Source of the DNA: Fidelibacterota bacterium
GTDB taxonomy: Bacteria; Fidelibacterota; Marinisomatia; SCGC-AAA003-L08; JACNLC01
NCBI GenBank assembly: GCA_024277615.1
Contig: JAJRUW010000010.1
Location: forward strand, 3,997 to 67,996
DNA: 64,000 nt
Direction of reading: 5' to 3'
A program made the position numbers and the translations under genes. Of the stretch, positions 1-11,279 are shown in pieces; the first letter of the stretch is position 1, and every line of letters starts with the position of its first letter. The notes under the pieces were generated by a model. It made no database searches. It had not been told where the DNA came from and saw nothing but the letters and a program-made list of their open reading frames with translations.

Positions 1-62
1 ATTGCGGGGACACATCCGAGATTACTATTGTTAACACAAATCATTATCTGTTAATTGCATGA
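1..62 (+). CDS. 3' end of an upstream gene, probably FolK (HPPK); truncated by window edge
   Basis: Frame 3 reads CGDTSEITIVNTNHYLLIA* and ends in an ATGA overlap with the dNK start. A CxDxS tail and the folK-dNK gene order are typical of FCB genomes. Confidence 0.4.
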   Translation, partial: CGDTSEITIVNTNHYLLIA

Positions 63-703
63 AATCGGCTTACTATATTACCATTGAAGGGACAATTGGT
101 GTTGGAAAAACCAGCCTGGCCAAAATCTTGGCAGAACGACTGGATGCCCGGTTGGTGATGGAAGAATTCGAGGAAAATCCTTTTCTGGCAGATTTTTATA
201 GAAATCCCGAACAATATGCCTTCCAAACCCAGGTTTTTTTTCTGCTATCCCGCTATCGGCAGCAACTTGATCTGCAGCAGATGGAGCTGTTTACAAAGGC
301 GGTGGTGGCTGATTATATGTTTGCCAAGGATCGCCTGTTTGCCTCGCTGAATCTCAATGATAAAGAGATGTCCCTCTACAACAGTGTCGCCAATTTACTG
401 GAGAAAAACGTCACCTACCCGGACATGGTCATTTACCTGCAATCGGATACGGATCACCTCATGGATAATATTATGAAACGGGGCAGAGATTATGAGTTGA
501 ATATGGATTGGAAATATATCGATGCCCTGAATATGGTGTATAACGAATATTTCTTCCGCTATGACAAAAGTCCACTCCTGATCATCAACACCAATGATAT
601 TGATTTCGTCAACAACGAAAAAGATCTGGAAGAGATCCTTGCTTTTATCCGCACGCCTGTCCAGGGGACAAAATTCTTCAACCCCATAAAAAGCAAGTTC
701 TGA
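59..703 (+). CDS. Deoxynucleoside kinase (dAK/dGK family)
   Basis: IEGTIGVGKTS P-loop, ENPFLADFY, FQTQVFFLLSRY, RGRDYE motifs. Confidence 0.93.
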   Translation: MKSAYYITIEGTIGVGKTSLAKILAERLDARLVMEEFEENPFLADFYRNPEQYAFQTQVFFLLSRYRQQLDLQQMELFTKAVVADYMFAKDRLFASLNLNDKEMSLYNSVANLLEKNVTYPDMVIYLQSDTDHLMDNIMKRGRDYELNMDWKYIDALNMVYNEYFFRYDKSPLLIINTNDIDFVNNEKDLEEILAFIRTPVQGTKFFNPIKSKF

Positions 704-894
704 TGAGTTTATTCCGGGTTATCATATTTGTTCTGCTGGGGTATTGGCTGTTAAGATCAATTGCAGAATACCTGAAAGGCCGGGATGATCACGGACCGGG
801 AGCAGGGTCAGCACAAAGCCGGGGCAGCAAACAGAAATCCTCAAGGACGGCTGACATGGATATTCAGGATGCAGACTACGAGGATATTGAATGA
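703..894 (+). CDS. Small membrane-anchored hypothetical protein
   Basis: N-terminal TM helix and acidic IQDADYEDIE tail; overlaps both neighbours. Confidence 0.7.
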   Translation: MSLFRVIIFVLLGYWLLRSIAEYLKGRDDHGPGAGSAQSRGSKQKSSRTADMDIQDADYEDIE

Positions 895-1919
895 AAGCCG
901 TGAGAATACACCGGCACGGCGGGCCTGAAGTACTCAGTGTGGATGAAGTTCCCAGACCGGTCTGTCCCCGGGATAAAGTACTCGTACAGATGAAAGCCGC
1001 TGCGCTGAACCATCTCGACATCTGGGTCAGAAACGGACTCCCCGGTTTACAGCTGGATTTGCCGCTTGTCCTCGGATCCGACGGCGCCGGTATAATCAGC
1101 GAAGTCGGCCAATCCGTGAAAGGCCGCTCAGTTGGAGAGCGGGTCGTTATTCAGCCGAACCGGTTCTGCGGTAACTGTGAGCAGTGTCTTGCAGGAAGAC
1201 AAAATTACTGCGAAAAATTCGGGATCGTCGGAGAGACGGAAAACGGCGTCCAATGCGAATATTACCTTGCCGATCCCGTAAACCTCTATCCCATGGCCGA
1301 TCATCTTTCCTTTCCCGAGGCGGCATCCATGCAACTGGTGTTCCTGACGGCCCATCAGATGCTGGTAAAACGAGCCGCACTTAAAGCGGGCGAAACAGTT
1401 TTGATTTACGGAGCGACTTCAGGCGTGGGATCGGCTGCAATCCAGATCGCAAAAGATTTGGGAGCGCGAGTAATTTCTACAGTAGGGAGTGAAGAAAAAC
1501 GTAATTTTGCCCTCGAATTGGGGGCCGGGCATGTATTCCTGCATTCAGATGAGCAATGGAGCCTGAAAGTCAAAGAACTGGTTGGCAGGAAGGGCGTCGA
1601 TGTGATTTTTGAACATCCGGGAGCAGCCACCTGGTCTCAGAGTTTACGACTCTTGGGGCGCGGAGGCAGGATTGTAACCTGCGGGGCAACCACGGGCCAC
1701 GGAGTGAACCTTGATTTGAGACATCTGTTCATGAAACAACAAAGTATCCTGGGATCAACCATGAGTGATCTCGATACCTTTGCGAAAGTGATGGATAAAA
1801 TTCACGCAAAAAAATACCAACCCTATGTCGATCGCATATTCCCGCTGCAAGATGTCAGGGAGGCTCACGAGAGAATTGAGAACAGAGAACAAATGGGGAA
1901 GGTTGTGCTGGTTTTATGA
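891..1919 (+). CDS. Zinc-binding MDR-family dehydrogenase / quinone oxidoreductase-like
   Basis: GGPEVL, ALNHLD, LGSDGAG, CxxCxxCx7C structural Zn site, GATSGVG. Confidence 0.92.
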   Translation: MKAVRIHRHGGPEVLSVDEVPRPVCPRDKVLVQMKAAALNHLDIWVRNGLPGLQLDLPLVLGSDGAGIISEVGQSVKGRSVGERVVIQPNRFCGNCEQCLAGRQNYCEKFGIVGETENGVQCEYYLADPVNLYPMADHLSFPEAASMQLVFLTAHQMLVKRAALKAGETVLIYGATSGVGSAAIQIAKDLGARVISTVGSEEKRNFALELGAGHVFLHSDEQWSLKVKELVGRKGVDVIFEHPGAATWSQSLRLLGRGGRIVTCGATTGHGVNLDLRHLFMKQQSILGSTMSDLDTFAKVMDKIHAKKYQPYVDRIFPLQDVREAHERIENREQMGKVVLVL

Positions 1920-2527
1920 CCGGGAATTACACCGACACATCTTTCCGGACCTGCAGCCGTGGAGGCCCTGTTTTGCAGAACCGATGCCGTAAATTGAAAC
2001 CGGTTCGCTCAAATATTGCCGTTCTGACCATGATCTTGTTTGTGTGCCAGATGGCATTTGCGGATGTCCACCAGGGTGCATCCGTCGGGATTACTAACAA
2101 CGGTACCGGATTCAATTATATTGTGGCTTATAATTATTCGGCTGTGCTTCAGTTTAATATCAGTGCCGGTTTGCATTTTGAGCGAAAAGAGATCAACTAT
2201 GTGATCTACGATTACGGTATTACAGAGGATACGAAAAAATTAGTGACTTATCTCCCGGTGAGCCTGGGATTTTCAAAAATATTGTTTGATGATGCCCTGG
2301 CCGGTTCGTTCAGGCCCCTAGTTTCCGTTGAGGCCGGCGTAATTACGGGTCTTGGCAGACTGCAGGCCCTTGCTTCACGGTCTTATGAATTTTCACCTCA
2401 ATGGTCTGTCGGTCCCGGCATTCAATTCGGTTATGGTAAATCGAAAACGAGGATAGTGGTAGCATATACATCAAATGACAGAATCGATGGGGCCATGCTC
2501 ATAAAATTCACCATTTTCTGGAAATAA
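1916..2527 (+). CDS. Putative small outer-membrane beta-barrel protein (true start probably downstream)
   Basis: Signal-peptide-like stretch ending AFA, alternating beta-strand pattern, aromatic C-terminus (FTIFWK). Confidence 0.55.
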   Translation: MTGNYTDTSFRTCSRGGPVLQNRCRKLKPVRSNIAVLTMILFVCQMAFADVHQGASVGITNNGTGFNYIVAYNYSAVLQFNISAGLHFERKEINYVIYDYGITEDTKKLVTYLPVSLGFSKILFDDALAGSFRPLVSVEAGVITGLGRLQALASRSYEFSPQWSVGPGIQFGYGKSKTRIVVAYTSNDRIDGAMLIKFTIFWK

Positions 2528-2538
2528 TTGGAGATTCG

Positions 2539-2883
2539 ATGAAAGATTGTCTGTTTTGTAAAATCATCCGCAGGGAAATTCCGGCAAAAATCGTAGATGA
2601 GAATGAGAGTTGTTTAGCTTTCAAGGACATTGACCCGAAAGCGCCTGTACACATTCTCATAATCCCGAAAGAGCATCTGGGATCAACTCTCGATTTTTCG
2701 GATGAAAATATTTCCCTGTTGGCCGAGATGGGTCTAATGTCAAATTCGATCAGCAGAGAACTCGGTCTGAACGCAGGGGGTTACCGCTGGGTCATCAACA
2801 CCGGTAAAGACGGCGGGCAGGCAGTTGACCATTTGCATTTGCATCTGCTCGGGGGTCGTAAAATGACTTGGCCTCCCGGATAA
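2539..2883 (+). CDS. hinT: Histidine triad nucleotide-binding protein
   Basis: DCLFCKI, HLHLHLLGGR, WPPG. Confidence 0.95.
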   Translation: MKDCLFCKIIRREIPAKIVDENESCLAFKDIDPKAPVHILIIPKEHLGSTLDFSDENISLLAEMGLMSNSISRELGLNAGGYRWVINTGKDGGQAVDHLHLHLLGGRKMTWPPG

Positions 2884-3002
2884 GACACCAGTCCCGTGCA
2901 AAAAATTCAATCAAAGCTAAAAGCATCCGCCAATATCCAAAGATACATAATTAACATATCATCAGGCCTTATGCCGGTGCAATCGTGCCTGTGAAGATAT
3001 AG

Positions 3003-6000
3003 ATGTACATTTCAAATTTACATATACAGGGTTTCAAGTCCTTTCTAAATAAAACGGATCTTCAATTCGGTGAAGGTATCACGTCTATCGTTGGTCCTAA
3101 TGGTTGCGGAAAATCGAACATCGTCGATGCCATAAGGTGGATTCTGGGAGAACAGAAAACTACCGTACTGCGTTCGCAGAAGATGGAAGATGTGATTTTC
3201 AAAGGCGCTAAAAATTATAAACCACTTGGTTTTTGTGAAGTGTCGCTGACGATCAACAATGATAAAGGACGCCTTCCGCTGGAATACACCGAAATTGAAA
3301 TAATGCGGCGCTTTTATCGCAGCGGTGAAAGTGAATATCTGCTCAATAAAGTACCCTGCAGGCTAAAAGATATCACAGGTCTCTTCATGGATTCGGGATT
3401 GAGTCCCAACGCTTATTCCGTCATCGAATTAAAAATGATAGACTCGATTATCTCGCACAACCCCGAGGAGCGTAAAAAATTATTCGAGGAAGCAGCGGGA
3501 ATCAATTATTATAAACAGCAGCGCAATACTACATTCAGGAAGCTGGAGGCTGCCCGCATTGATCTTGACCGCGTGGCAGACATTATTTTGGAAGTTGAGA
3601 ATAATGTCAATACGCTCAGGCTCCAGCTTAAACGCTTCGAACGTCACAAAAAACTTTCGGATAAATTGCTGTCTTCGGAAATTCTGCTGGCTCAGGCTGA
3701 AATCCAGCTGCTGGATATGGAAGCTGCCCCGCTGGAGGCCAAAGTGTCCGAGCGTCGCAGTCGCCAGACAGCGCTCTCAGGTCAGGTGAATCTGGATGAA
3801 GAGCTGATTGCTGAGACCCAGGGGAAATTTGAAGCGGCAAAGGTTGAACTGGATAACTACAGCCAATCGGTGGATGCCCTCGAAAAAAAACTGAGTGAGA
3901 TCAACAATAATCTGCTGATCTGGACAGAGCAAAAGAAAGCAGGGGAACTGCGGATAAAACAGTATAACGACGAATCCGTGCAGGCCGAAACGCGCATCGA
4001 GACGATTCAACGTCAGATCGAAGAACTCAATCGCGAGATCACTGCGCTCAAGCCGAATATTGAAGCTCAAAAAGCAGTTTTCAGGAAAAAATCGCAGGAA
4101 TATGATGTGGTTGCGGCCCGATATCGTGAAGTCGAGAATCAATACCACACTTTGAGGAAAAAACTCGAGAAACAACTGGAACGCGTATATCAGGCTGAGT
4201 CCGGATTTAACAAAACCAGGGCTGAAATTGAAGAAAAAAGACACCTGATCGAACGACTTCAGGAGCAGAAAAAAAGTTTTCTCGAAAGATTATCTGCCCA
4301 ACAATTTGAAGCGGATGAACTGCAGGGGAAATTGAATCAGATCGAAAGGATCAATTCCGGCTGGAGCCTCGAGATCGAAAACTTACAGGATGAACAGGCC
4401 AAAGCGGAGGATCTGCTGATTCGCGAAAAAGAGCTTTTTTCAAAAACACAATCCGGTTTATCGGCCTTAAATGCCCGCTATCAATTTTATCAAAAAATCA
4501 TCTCTGCTCACGAAGGTAAACCCTCGGGTACAAAGTATATTCTGACACATCAGGATGATTTTAAGGGGATCATCGGTTGTGTTTCTGATCTGATCAGTGT
4601 TGAAGAGCCTCACCGGATAGCCGTTGAAACAGCACTGGGAGAAGCTCTTAATTATCTGGTGGTTGATACAACCGAGAATGCCCTTAAGAACCTCAGTTTG
4701 CTCAAACAAAAAACAGATTTCAGCATTAGTTTTGTGGCTCTTGATCTGCTGGAGCAAAAGTTCAAACCGGAGCAGGAGGGAAAACTACCAGGTAAAAACA
4801 TTCTCTCTTTAATAAAATATGATCCTTCGCTTGCAACATTGTTTACAGTGCTGCTGGGGGATGTGCATTAGGTTGAAACGGCCGGACAGCTTCGTAATTT
4901 GACTTCGGAGTATCGCAGCCGCTACAATTGGGTTACGGATGCCGGAGACTATCTCGGCAGATCGACGGTGATAAAATATGGTGGAAAATCAAAAGAATCT
5001 CTCATCGGCCGCCGGGACCAACTCAGTAAATTGGAAATTGAAATTGAAAGCACAGCTGAAAAGCTGGAGCAAATTAAAAAAAATATTCAGAATTATAAAA
5101 CCCGGGCAGATGCCGTACGTACTTCCCTTGAGCAAAAAATAACCCAGCTGGATAAATCGGTTGCAGATTCCGTTCAGCTTGAAAAAAAACTGGCGCAGCA
5201 CCGGTACTCCTGTCAGCATCAGAAAGAAAGATTAAACGAGAATGATGAGGTTATAGCTGAAAATATAAGAGCTGTCAAGGTTCTCGGAATTCGGCAGACA
5301 AAATTGGATGAAGCTCTCAATGAATTAAAAACCGAATATAAATCCATCCAGGCAGAAATTGCTGAAATGTCTGTCGCTCTGGAGACGATCAACAAGGAAC
5401 GCAATAAAAAACAGCAGGGGAAGCAGGATTCCCGCGTAAAACTGGTTGAAATTGAAAAGGAGTTTGAAGGATTAGAGTATCGTCTTGAAGCTTCAACAAG
5501 CCAGTTGGTCGAACTGGATAACAGGAAAAAGCAAATCATGTCGGCCTCCGAACGACTGGGTGAAAAAGTGCTCGGCCTGGAGCGATCCATCGCTGAAAAT
5601 TCAGAGGTAAAAGAAGATCTCATCCGCGAACAGAATAAACTGGTAGATAAAAAGCGCAGCATCCAGGATACCTATAACGGATTATACGAACAGATGCAGG
5701 ACTTGCAGCGTAATGTTAGGGATCGTCAGAAAGTAAAGGAAGAAAATATTCAGCAGATCCGCCAGGCAGAACTTAAACTTGCAGAGCTGACAAAGGAAAA
5801 AGAGCTGATCCGCAACAAGATCCGGGAGGTCTATCACCAGGAAGTACCGAAACGGATTTTGGATTTAACTGAGATCAATATTGATGAACTCAGGGATTCT
5901 ATCGCGGCGATTGACCGCTCAATCAACCGCATCGGCCCTATCAATATGGCTGTCGCAGAGGAGTATAAAGCTGAATCCGAGCGCTATGAATTCTTAAAAA

Positions 6001-6572
6001 AGCAGTTTGATGACCTGCAGGAGTCTGAGCAGAATCTGAAACAATCAATTGAGAAAATTGATACCGAAGCACGTAAAAAGTTCAGCAAAACCTTTGAACA
6101 GGTGGCTGAAAATTTTAAAACAACCTATAAATTATTTTTCGACGGAGGTGAGGCTCACGTCAGACTCGTAGGGAGTGACGACCCGCTGGAGGCGGAAATC
6201 GAGATCATTGCCCGGCCTCCTGGAAAACGCACTCAAACCATCAGAATGTTGTCTGCCGGTGAAAAAGCGCTGACGGCTATCAGCCTGCTGTTTGCAATCT
6301 ATCTTGTAAAACCGAGCCCGTTTTGCATTTTGGATGAAGTCGATGCCCCCCTGGATGACAGTAACATTACACGGTTTACAAAGGTCTTACGTCAGTTTTC
6401 CGAAAATACGCAATTTATTGTAATTACCCATAATAAATTGACCATGGAAGAGGCCGACTATCTCTATGGTGTCACCCAGGAAGAAGAAGGTGTGTCAAAA
6501 ATTGTCTCCGTCAAATTCAAAAACGAGGGACAGCCTTTACAGGCGGTAACTTCTGATATCCCCGGTAATTGA
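3003..6572 (+). CDS. smc: Chromosome segregation protein SMC, interrupted by one in-frame TAG at 4869-4871
   Basis: GFKSF, GPNGCGKSN Walker A, coiled coils, hinge, LSAGEK signature, LDEVDAPLD, ITH. ORFs 3003..4871 and 4899..6572 share a frame and join to ~1189 codons. Confidence 0.93.
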
Positions 6573-6589
6573 TCCGTACAGGGGATTTG

Positions 6590-7267
6590 ATGAATATTCG
6601 CTTCTACCACGAAGTTCTTGAGTTCATATACCCGCAATACTGTAAAACCTGCGAACGAAAGTTAAACTCCGCTGAAATTCGATATTGCAGGAATTGCTTT
6701 AATCAACTTGTCCCGACGGATCTCGGCAACTGGATAAAAAAGACCACAACGGGTGAACATCTTGACTTTGCTTATTCAGCCTTTTGGTATGACGAAATCC
6801 TGCAGGATTGTATCCACAACGGTAAATATAATGGCTGTAAAAGACTTTTAAGGATAATTTCCGAAATGGCGCTGTCAGAGTTGGAAGACGCCCCGGAAAT
6901 TATGCGGGTTGATCTGCTTCTGCCCGTTCCTTTGCACAAGGTGCGCTATCGGGAAAGAGGTTTTAACCAGGCCGAGATAATCGCCCGGACGGTTGGTGAA
7001 CGATTCAATCTGCCTGTAAAAACCAATCTGATTCACAGATCAGAGTGGACGACTTCTCAAACGAAGCTTGATATAGCAGGACGCCGCCGGAATACGGAAC
7101 AGGCCTTTAAAGTTACCGGCATCTGTGAAGGTAAACGTCTTTTGCTGATCGATGACGTGCTGACGTCAGGAGCTACTTCGAACTCATGCGCGAAAAAGCT
7201 GAAAGAACGGGGTGCAGCGACCGTAGGCATTTTCACTGTTGCCACACCGGATTTCGGCCTGAAGTAA
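6590..7267 (+). CDS. comF: ComF family protein (zinc finger + PRTase)
   Basis: CxxC...CxxC, PVPLH, RGFNQA, LLIDDVLTSGAT. Confidence 0.9.
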   Translation: MNIRFYHEVLEFIYPQYCKTCERKLNSAEIRYCRNCFNQLVPTDLGNWIKKTTTGEHLDFAYSAFWYDEILQDCIHNGKYNGCKRLLRIISEMALSELEDAPEIMRVDLLLPVPLHKVRYRERGFNQAEIIARTVGERFNLPVKTNLIHRSEWTTSQTKLDIAGRRRNTEQAFKVTGICEGKRLLLIDDVLTSGATSNSCAKKLKERGAATVGIFTVATPDFGLK

Positions 7268-7432
7268 TGAGCACCGGGCCGCGGCACTATTAAATACCGG
7301 CGAGTGCAGCAATCCTGATACTTGTGAGAAGTGCTGATTATGACATGAAACCAGCCGATTTGCGATTGGCAAAAGCCTTGTTTTATGAACGATAAGAATC
7401 CGATATTTGCGTTCTGAATTTTGACTGAATTC

Positions 7433-8626
7433 ATGCGAAAACTATCAGAACTAAATCTCAACAAAAAACGTTGTCTGGTGCGCGTCGATTTTAATGTGCC
7501 GCTTGCCGATGGTGACGTGCAAAATGATTTTCGTATAAGGGCCGCAATACCAACCATCCGGCATTGCCTGAATCAGGGTGCTTCTGTGGTGCTGATGTCA
7601 CATTTGGGAAGACCCAAAGGCAAGATCGTAGAAGAGTTATCCCTGGAACCCGTGGCTTATGCCCTGGAAGGACTTTTAGCTCAGGAAGTAAAATTCTCGA
7701 CGGATTGCATTTCAACGGAAGCTCTGAAGGTTTCCGAAAAACTGGGTGTGGGTGAAGTGCATTTATTGGAAAATCTTCGTTTTCACCCGGGTGAGACAAA
7801 TAATGATGCCAAATTTTCAGAGAGATTGGCTAAACATGGTGATATTTACATAAATGATGCCTTCGGAACTGCCCACCGTCCCCATGCCTCAAATGTAGGT
7901 GTGTTGGATTATTTCAGATTATCAGCCGCTGGTTTTTTACTCGAAAAGGAGCGGAAATATCTATCCGGTGCGGTAAAGTCTCCAAAACATCCTTTTGTGG
8001 TTATCCTTGGCGGTTCTAAGGTTGCCGGTAAGATTGATCTGATCCACAATCTTTTAAAGCAAGCGGATAAAATAATGATTGGCGGCGCAATGGCCTTCAC
8101 TTTTCTCAAAGTTCTGGGTGAAAATGTGGGGAACTCAAAGGTAGAAGCGGATAAACTGTCGGTGGCAAAAAAAATTCTGTCTGAAGCGGAGAAACAGAAT
8201 GTTGAGATTATCCTGCCGGCAGATGTTGTTGCAGCACCGGAATTGGATACGGATTCACCCTGGAGGGTCACAAAACTGGACGAGTTAGAGGACGACGAAA
8301 GTGGATTTGATGTAGGTCCCGAAACTTCAATGATCTTCGAATCTCATTTGGAAGACGCCGGTACGATTTTATGGAATGGCCCGCTGGGCGTATTTGAAAT
8401 TCCAGCTTTTTCAACGGGGACTCACTCCATTGCCCATGCCATAATTAATGAAACGGAAGAAGGAGCTATTTCTATTGTTGGAGGTGGAGATACGGCTTCT
8501 GCAGTTGAGAGCCTGGAATCCGGCATGAACGGGTTCACCCATATCTCAACCGGTGGTGGTGCGTCTCTCGAACTGTTAAGCGGCCTTGTACTGCCGGCCT
8601 TTAAGGCGCTGGATGACCATGAGTAG
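7433..8626 (+). CDS. pgk: Phosphoglycerate kinase
   Basis: RVDFNVP, SHLGRP, LLENLRF, NDAFGTAHR, HISTGGGASLE. Confidence 0.97.
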   Translation: MRKLSELNLNKKRCLVRVDFNVPLADGDVQNDFRIRAAIPTIRHCLNQGASVVLMSHLGRPKGKIVEELSLEPVAYALEGLLAQEVKFSTDCISTEALKVSEKLGVGEVHLLENLRFHPGETNNDAKFSERLAKHGDIYINDAFGTAHRPHASNVGVLDYFRLSAAGFLLEKERKYLSGAVKSPKHPFVVILGGSKVAGKIDLIHNLLKQADKIMIGGAMAFTFLKVLGENVGNSKVEADKLSVAKKILSEAEKQNVEIILPADVVAAPELDTDSPWRVTKLDELEDDESGFDVGPETSMIFESHLEDAGTILWNGPLGVFEIPAFSTGTHSIAHAIINETEEGAISIVGGGDTASAVESLESGMNGFTHISTGGGASLELLSGLVLPAFKALDDHE

Positions 8627-9374
8627 AAAACAATACTGTGTTGCCAACTGGAAAATGAATCTTACGTCCACTGAGGGCGTTAACTTCATTTTGGACCTGG
8701 TGTCCAAAGATATTATGTCAGCATCCGCAAAGATCATTCTCTGCCCTTCATTCACAGGGATTATTCCGGCAGTAGAAGCTGCAAAAGACTGCCGGATTGA
8801 AATTGGAGCCCAGAATGTTTATTTTGAACCGGAAGGTGCATTTACCGGGGAGGTTTCGACGGCAATGCTGAAAGATGCGGGATGTCAATGGGTTATTCTG
8901 GGGCACTCGGAGCGCAGACATATTTTCAAAGAGGACGACCAGACAATTGCAAGGAAAATTCAACGAGCTTTGCGGGATGACCTGAAGATCATTTTATGTA
9001 TCGGAGAAACACTTGAGCAAAGAGAGGCCGGACAGACGGACGCACTCTTGAAAAGTCAGCTAAAGTCGGCAATTGAGAATATCTCAGTGATACCCGAGGA
9101 TGGATTCTGCATAGCCTATGAACCGGTTTGGGCCATAGGAACCGGCAAGACTGCAACACCGGACCTGGCAGCTGACGCTCACAGACTGATCAGAGACAAT
9201 CTGACGGATATGGGACTACCCGGAGAAACTGTTTCACTCCTTTATGGCGGGAGTGTAAAACCGGAGAACGCTAAAGAATTAATAAAAACTGATGGAATTG
9301 ACGGCTTCCTAATTGGAGGCGCATCATTGAAAAGTGAAGCATTCTGTCAGATCTACGAACAATTTAAATCGTAA
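8619..9374 (+). CDS. tpiA: Triosephosphate isomerase
   Basis: ANWKMN, GAFTGEVS, GHSERR, AYEPVWAIGTG, YGGSV, GGASL. Confidence 0.97.
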   Translation: MSRKQYCVANWKMNLTSTEGVNFILDLVSKDIMSASAKIILCPSFTGIIPAVEAAKDCRIEIGAQNVYFEPEGAFTGEVSTAMLKDAGCQWVILGHSERRHIFKEDDQTIARKIQRALRDDLKIILCIGETLEQREAGQTDALLKSQLKSAIENISVIPEDGFCIAYEPVWAIGTGKTATPDLAADAHRLIRDNLTDMGLPGETVSLLYGGSVKPENAKELIKTDGIDGFLIGGASLKSEAFCQIYEQFKS

Positions 9375-9386
9375 GGAGAGTTAACA

Positions 9387-9806
9387 GTGCTGTATGGTTT
9401 TTTAATTTTTATTTTTGTAGTGGTCTGTCTGCTGCTGATGGGCATCATTTTGATCCAATCCAGTAAAACGGGCGGTATGGGAACTGCCATGGGGGGAGCG
9501 GCCGTTCAGGCAGCTTTCGGTGGACAGGGTGCCGACAAGCTTCTCACTAAGATTACAATTGGATTAGCAGCCGCTTTCATGCTTTTGTCAATCAGTATTA
9601 ACCTGGTTAATACACCTGATGTTACAAATGCGGCAACCGGAGGAAGTATTATCAGTCAAAAGGCAAAATCAGATGTGGGTAATCTGGGGGCTCCCCTGGA
9701 TTTGGATTCACCGGTCAAACCTGCTGAAAGCCCGACGGGAACAGAAAACAGCCCGGCCGGTACTGAAAGCAATAGTGATAAAGCAACAGACTCTGGCGGT
9801 GAATGA
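9387..9806 (+). CDS. secG: Preprotein translocase subunit SecG with low-complexity C-terminal tail
   Basis: Two TMs flanking a Gly-rich loop (ILIQSSKTGGMG...LTKIT); tpiA-secG-tRNA-Leu synteny; GGAG SD. Confidence 0.92.
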   Translation: MLYGFLIFIFVVVCLLLMGIILIQSSKTGGMGTAMGGAAVQAAFGGQGADKLLTKITIGLAAAFMLLSISINLVNTPDVTNAATGGSIISQKAKSDVGNLGAPLDLDSPVKPAESPTGTENSPAGTESNSDKATDSGGE

Positions 9807-9812
9807 TAAAAT

Positions 9813-9897
9813 GCTGAAGTGGTGAAACTGGTAGACACGCTGTCTTGAGGGGGCAGTGAGAAAATTTCTCGTGCGGGTTCGAGTCCCGCCTTCAGCA
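9813..9897 (+). tRNA. tRNA-Leu (anticodon GAG), CCA not encoded
   Basis: GCTGAAG/CTTCAGC acceptor stem, D-loop TGGTAGAC, anticodon arm CTGTC-TTGAGGG-GGCAG, long variable arm, GGTTCGAGTCC T-arm. Confidence 0.97.
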
Positions 9898-9927
9898 CAG
9901 AATTTTGAATAAAATAGGAGCGACACT

Positions 9928-11214
9928 TTGAAAATTGTCTTAATCAATCTCTTAATTTCGGTTTTCATTTTTGCCCAGGCTGACCCTTTAAGCGAAGCAC
10001 AGAAGGCAGTGGAATCAGGGCAATACCCTGATGCTCTTGCAAAAGTCGAAACAGCGCTTTCATCGTCCGGAGAGAATGCTGAACTATTATTACTGGGTGC
10101 ACAAATAGCCGTTAAACTCGATGATTTAAACAAAGCAAAGGATTTTATGGTAAAAGCAAATACCGTTGATCCGAAGAATGTGGATATCATTGATTACTGG
10201 GAAAAATTGAAATCGTTAAGTGATTTGATGTCTTATGGACAGAAGACCTTCAAAATGGCATCTTATGATGAAGCCATGGAATCTTTCGACAGTACAATTG
10301 TGAAGTTCCCGGATTTCGCCCTGGGTTATTACATGAAAGGGCAGGTTTATTATCGTCTGAAAAATTATGACGAGGCCGTTGCCAATTATAAAATTGCCAG
10401 AAAATTAAATCCTTTTGAAGAGAAATACTCAAAAGCCATCTCGGCAATCGCTTCAAAACTTTATAATGAAGGCAATGATCAGCAGCGCCGGAAGAAGTAC
10501 AAGGACTCAATTCCAAAATACGAAAAAGCTCTCGAATATGACCCTACACTGAGTCAGGCTCTCTTTAGAATTTCTTATGCTTATTATAAGTTATCTGATT
10601 TCACAGAAGCTAAAAATCATCTTGGTAAATTAGTTTCACAGGATCCGGGACACGCTGAAGCAAGAAAATTATTGGGGGATATCCATGCTAAGGAAAATGA
10701 CTTCGAAACGGCAGTAGAATGGTATAAAAAAGCCACGAAGATTAAGCCGGATTACACAAAATCTTATTATTCGGAAGGTAAGATCCTGCAAACACTTGGG
10801 AAAAATGATGAGGCTTTAGCTGTTTTGGATAAAACCGTGGAACTGGATCCCACCTATTACCGGGCCTATGAATTGTTGGGAATCATCCATCAGGAGAAAA
10901 ATGAGAATGATGCTGCAATCCTTAACTATCGTCTGGCGATAAAAAACAGCAAAAAACCCTATTCAGCCTATTGGAGACTTGCATCCGTTTACAATATTGA
11001 AGATAAATGTGACCAGGCAGAAACCGCGGCAAAAGCGGCACTCGATATAAAACCAAATTATGCAGCAGCTTATTTCGAACTTGGCCTCGCTGAAAAATGC
11101 CTGGGGAAAAAAGTAGCCGCACTCGAGTCCTGGAAGAAAATCCTGGATGACAGAGAATGGGGTAAATCGGCACAATACGAGTTAAAAAAATATTATAAAG
11201 AATTAGAGAATTAA
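9928..11214 (+). CDS. Exported tetratricopeptide-repeat protein
   Basis: Signal peptide followed by many TPR repeats (A..Y.KA..L.P); AGGAG SD before TTG. Confidence 0.9.
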   Translation: MKIVLINLLISVFIFAQADPLSEAQKAVESGQYPDALAKVETALSSSGENAELLLLGAQIAVKLDDLNKAKDFMVKANTVDPKNVDIIDYWEKLKSLSDLMSYGQKTFKMASYDEAMESFDSTIVKFPDFALGYYMKGQVYYRLKNYDEAVANYKIARKLNPFEEKYSKAISAIASKLYNEGNDQQRRKKYKDSIPKYEKALEYDPTLSQALFRISYAYYKLSDFTEAKNHLGKLVSQDPGHAEARKLLGDIHAKENDFETAVEWYKKATKIKPDYTKSYYSEGKILQTLGKNDEALAVLDKTVELDPTYYRAYELLGIIHQEKNENDAAILNYRLAIKNSKKPYSAYWRLASVYNIEDKCDQAETAAKAALDIKPNYAAAYFELGLAEKCLGKKVAALESWKKILDDREWGKSAQYELKKYYKELEN

Positions 11215-11235
11215 AATAATTCACATTTCAGGGAA

Positions 11236-11266
11236 TAAAAGAGGCGAATCATATCGCCTTTTTTAT
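11236..11266 (+). terminator. Rho-independent terminator
   Basis: AGGCGA-atcata-TCGCCT hairpin followed by a T-run. Confidence 0.8.
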
Positions 11267-11279
11267 TTTATTTTTGACT

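Noticed and set aside
8586-8640. Pgk-Tpi frameshift fusion as in Thermotoga
   Set aside because: Ordinary 8-bp ATGAGTAG overlap with no evident slippery sequence
9813-9930. tRNA-Leu as an integration site
   Set aside because: No duplicated tRNA 3' end and no integrase were seen downstream
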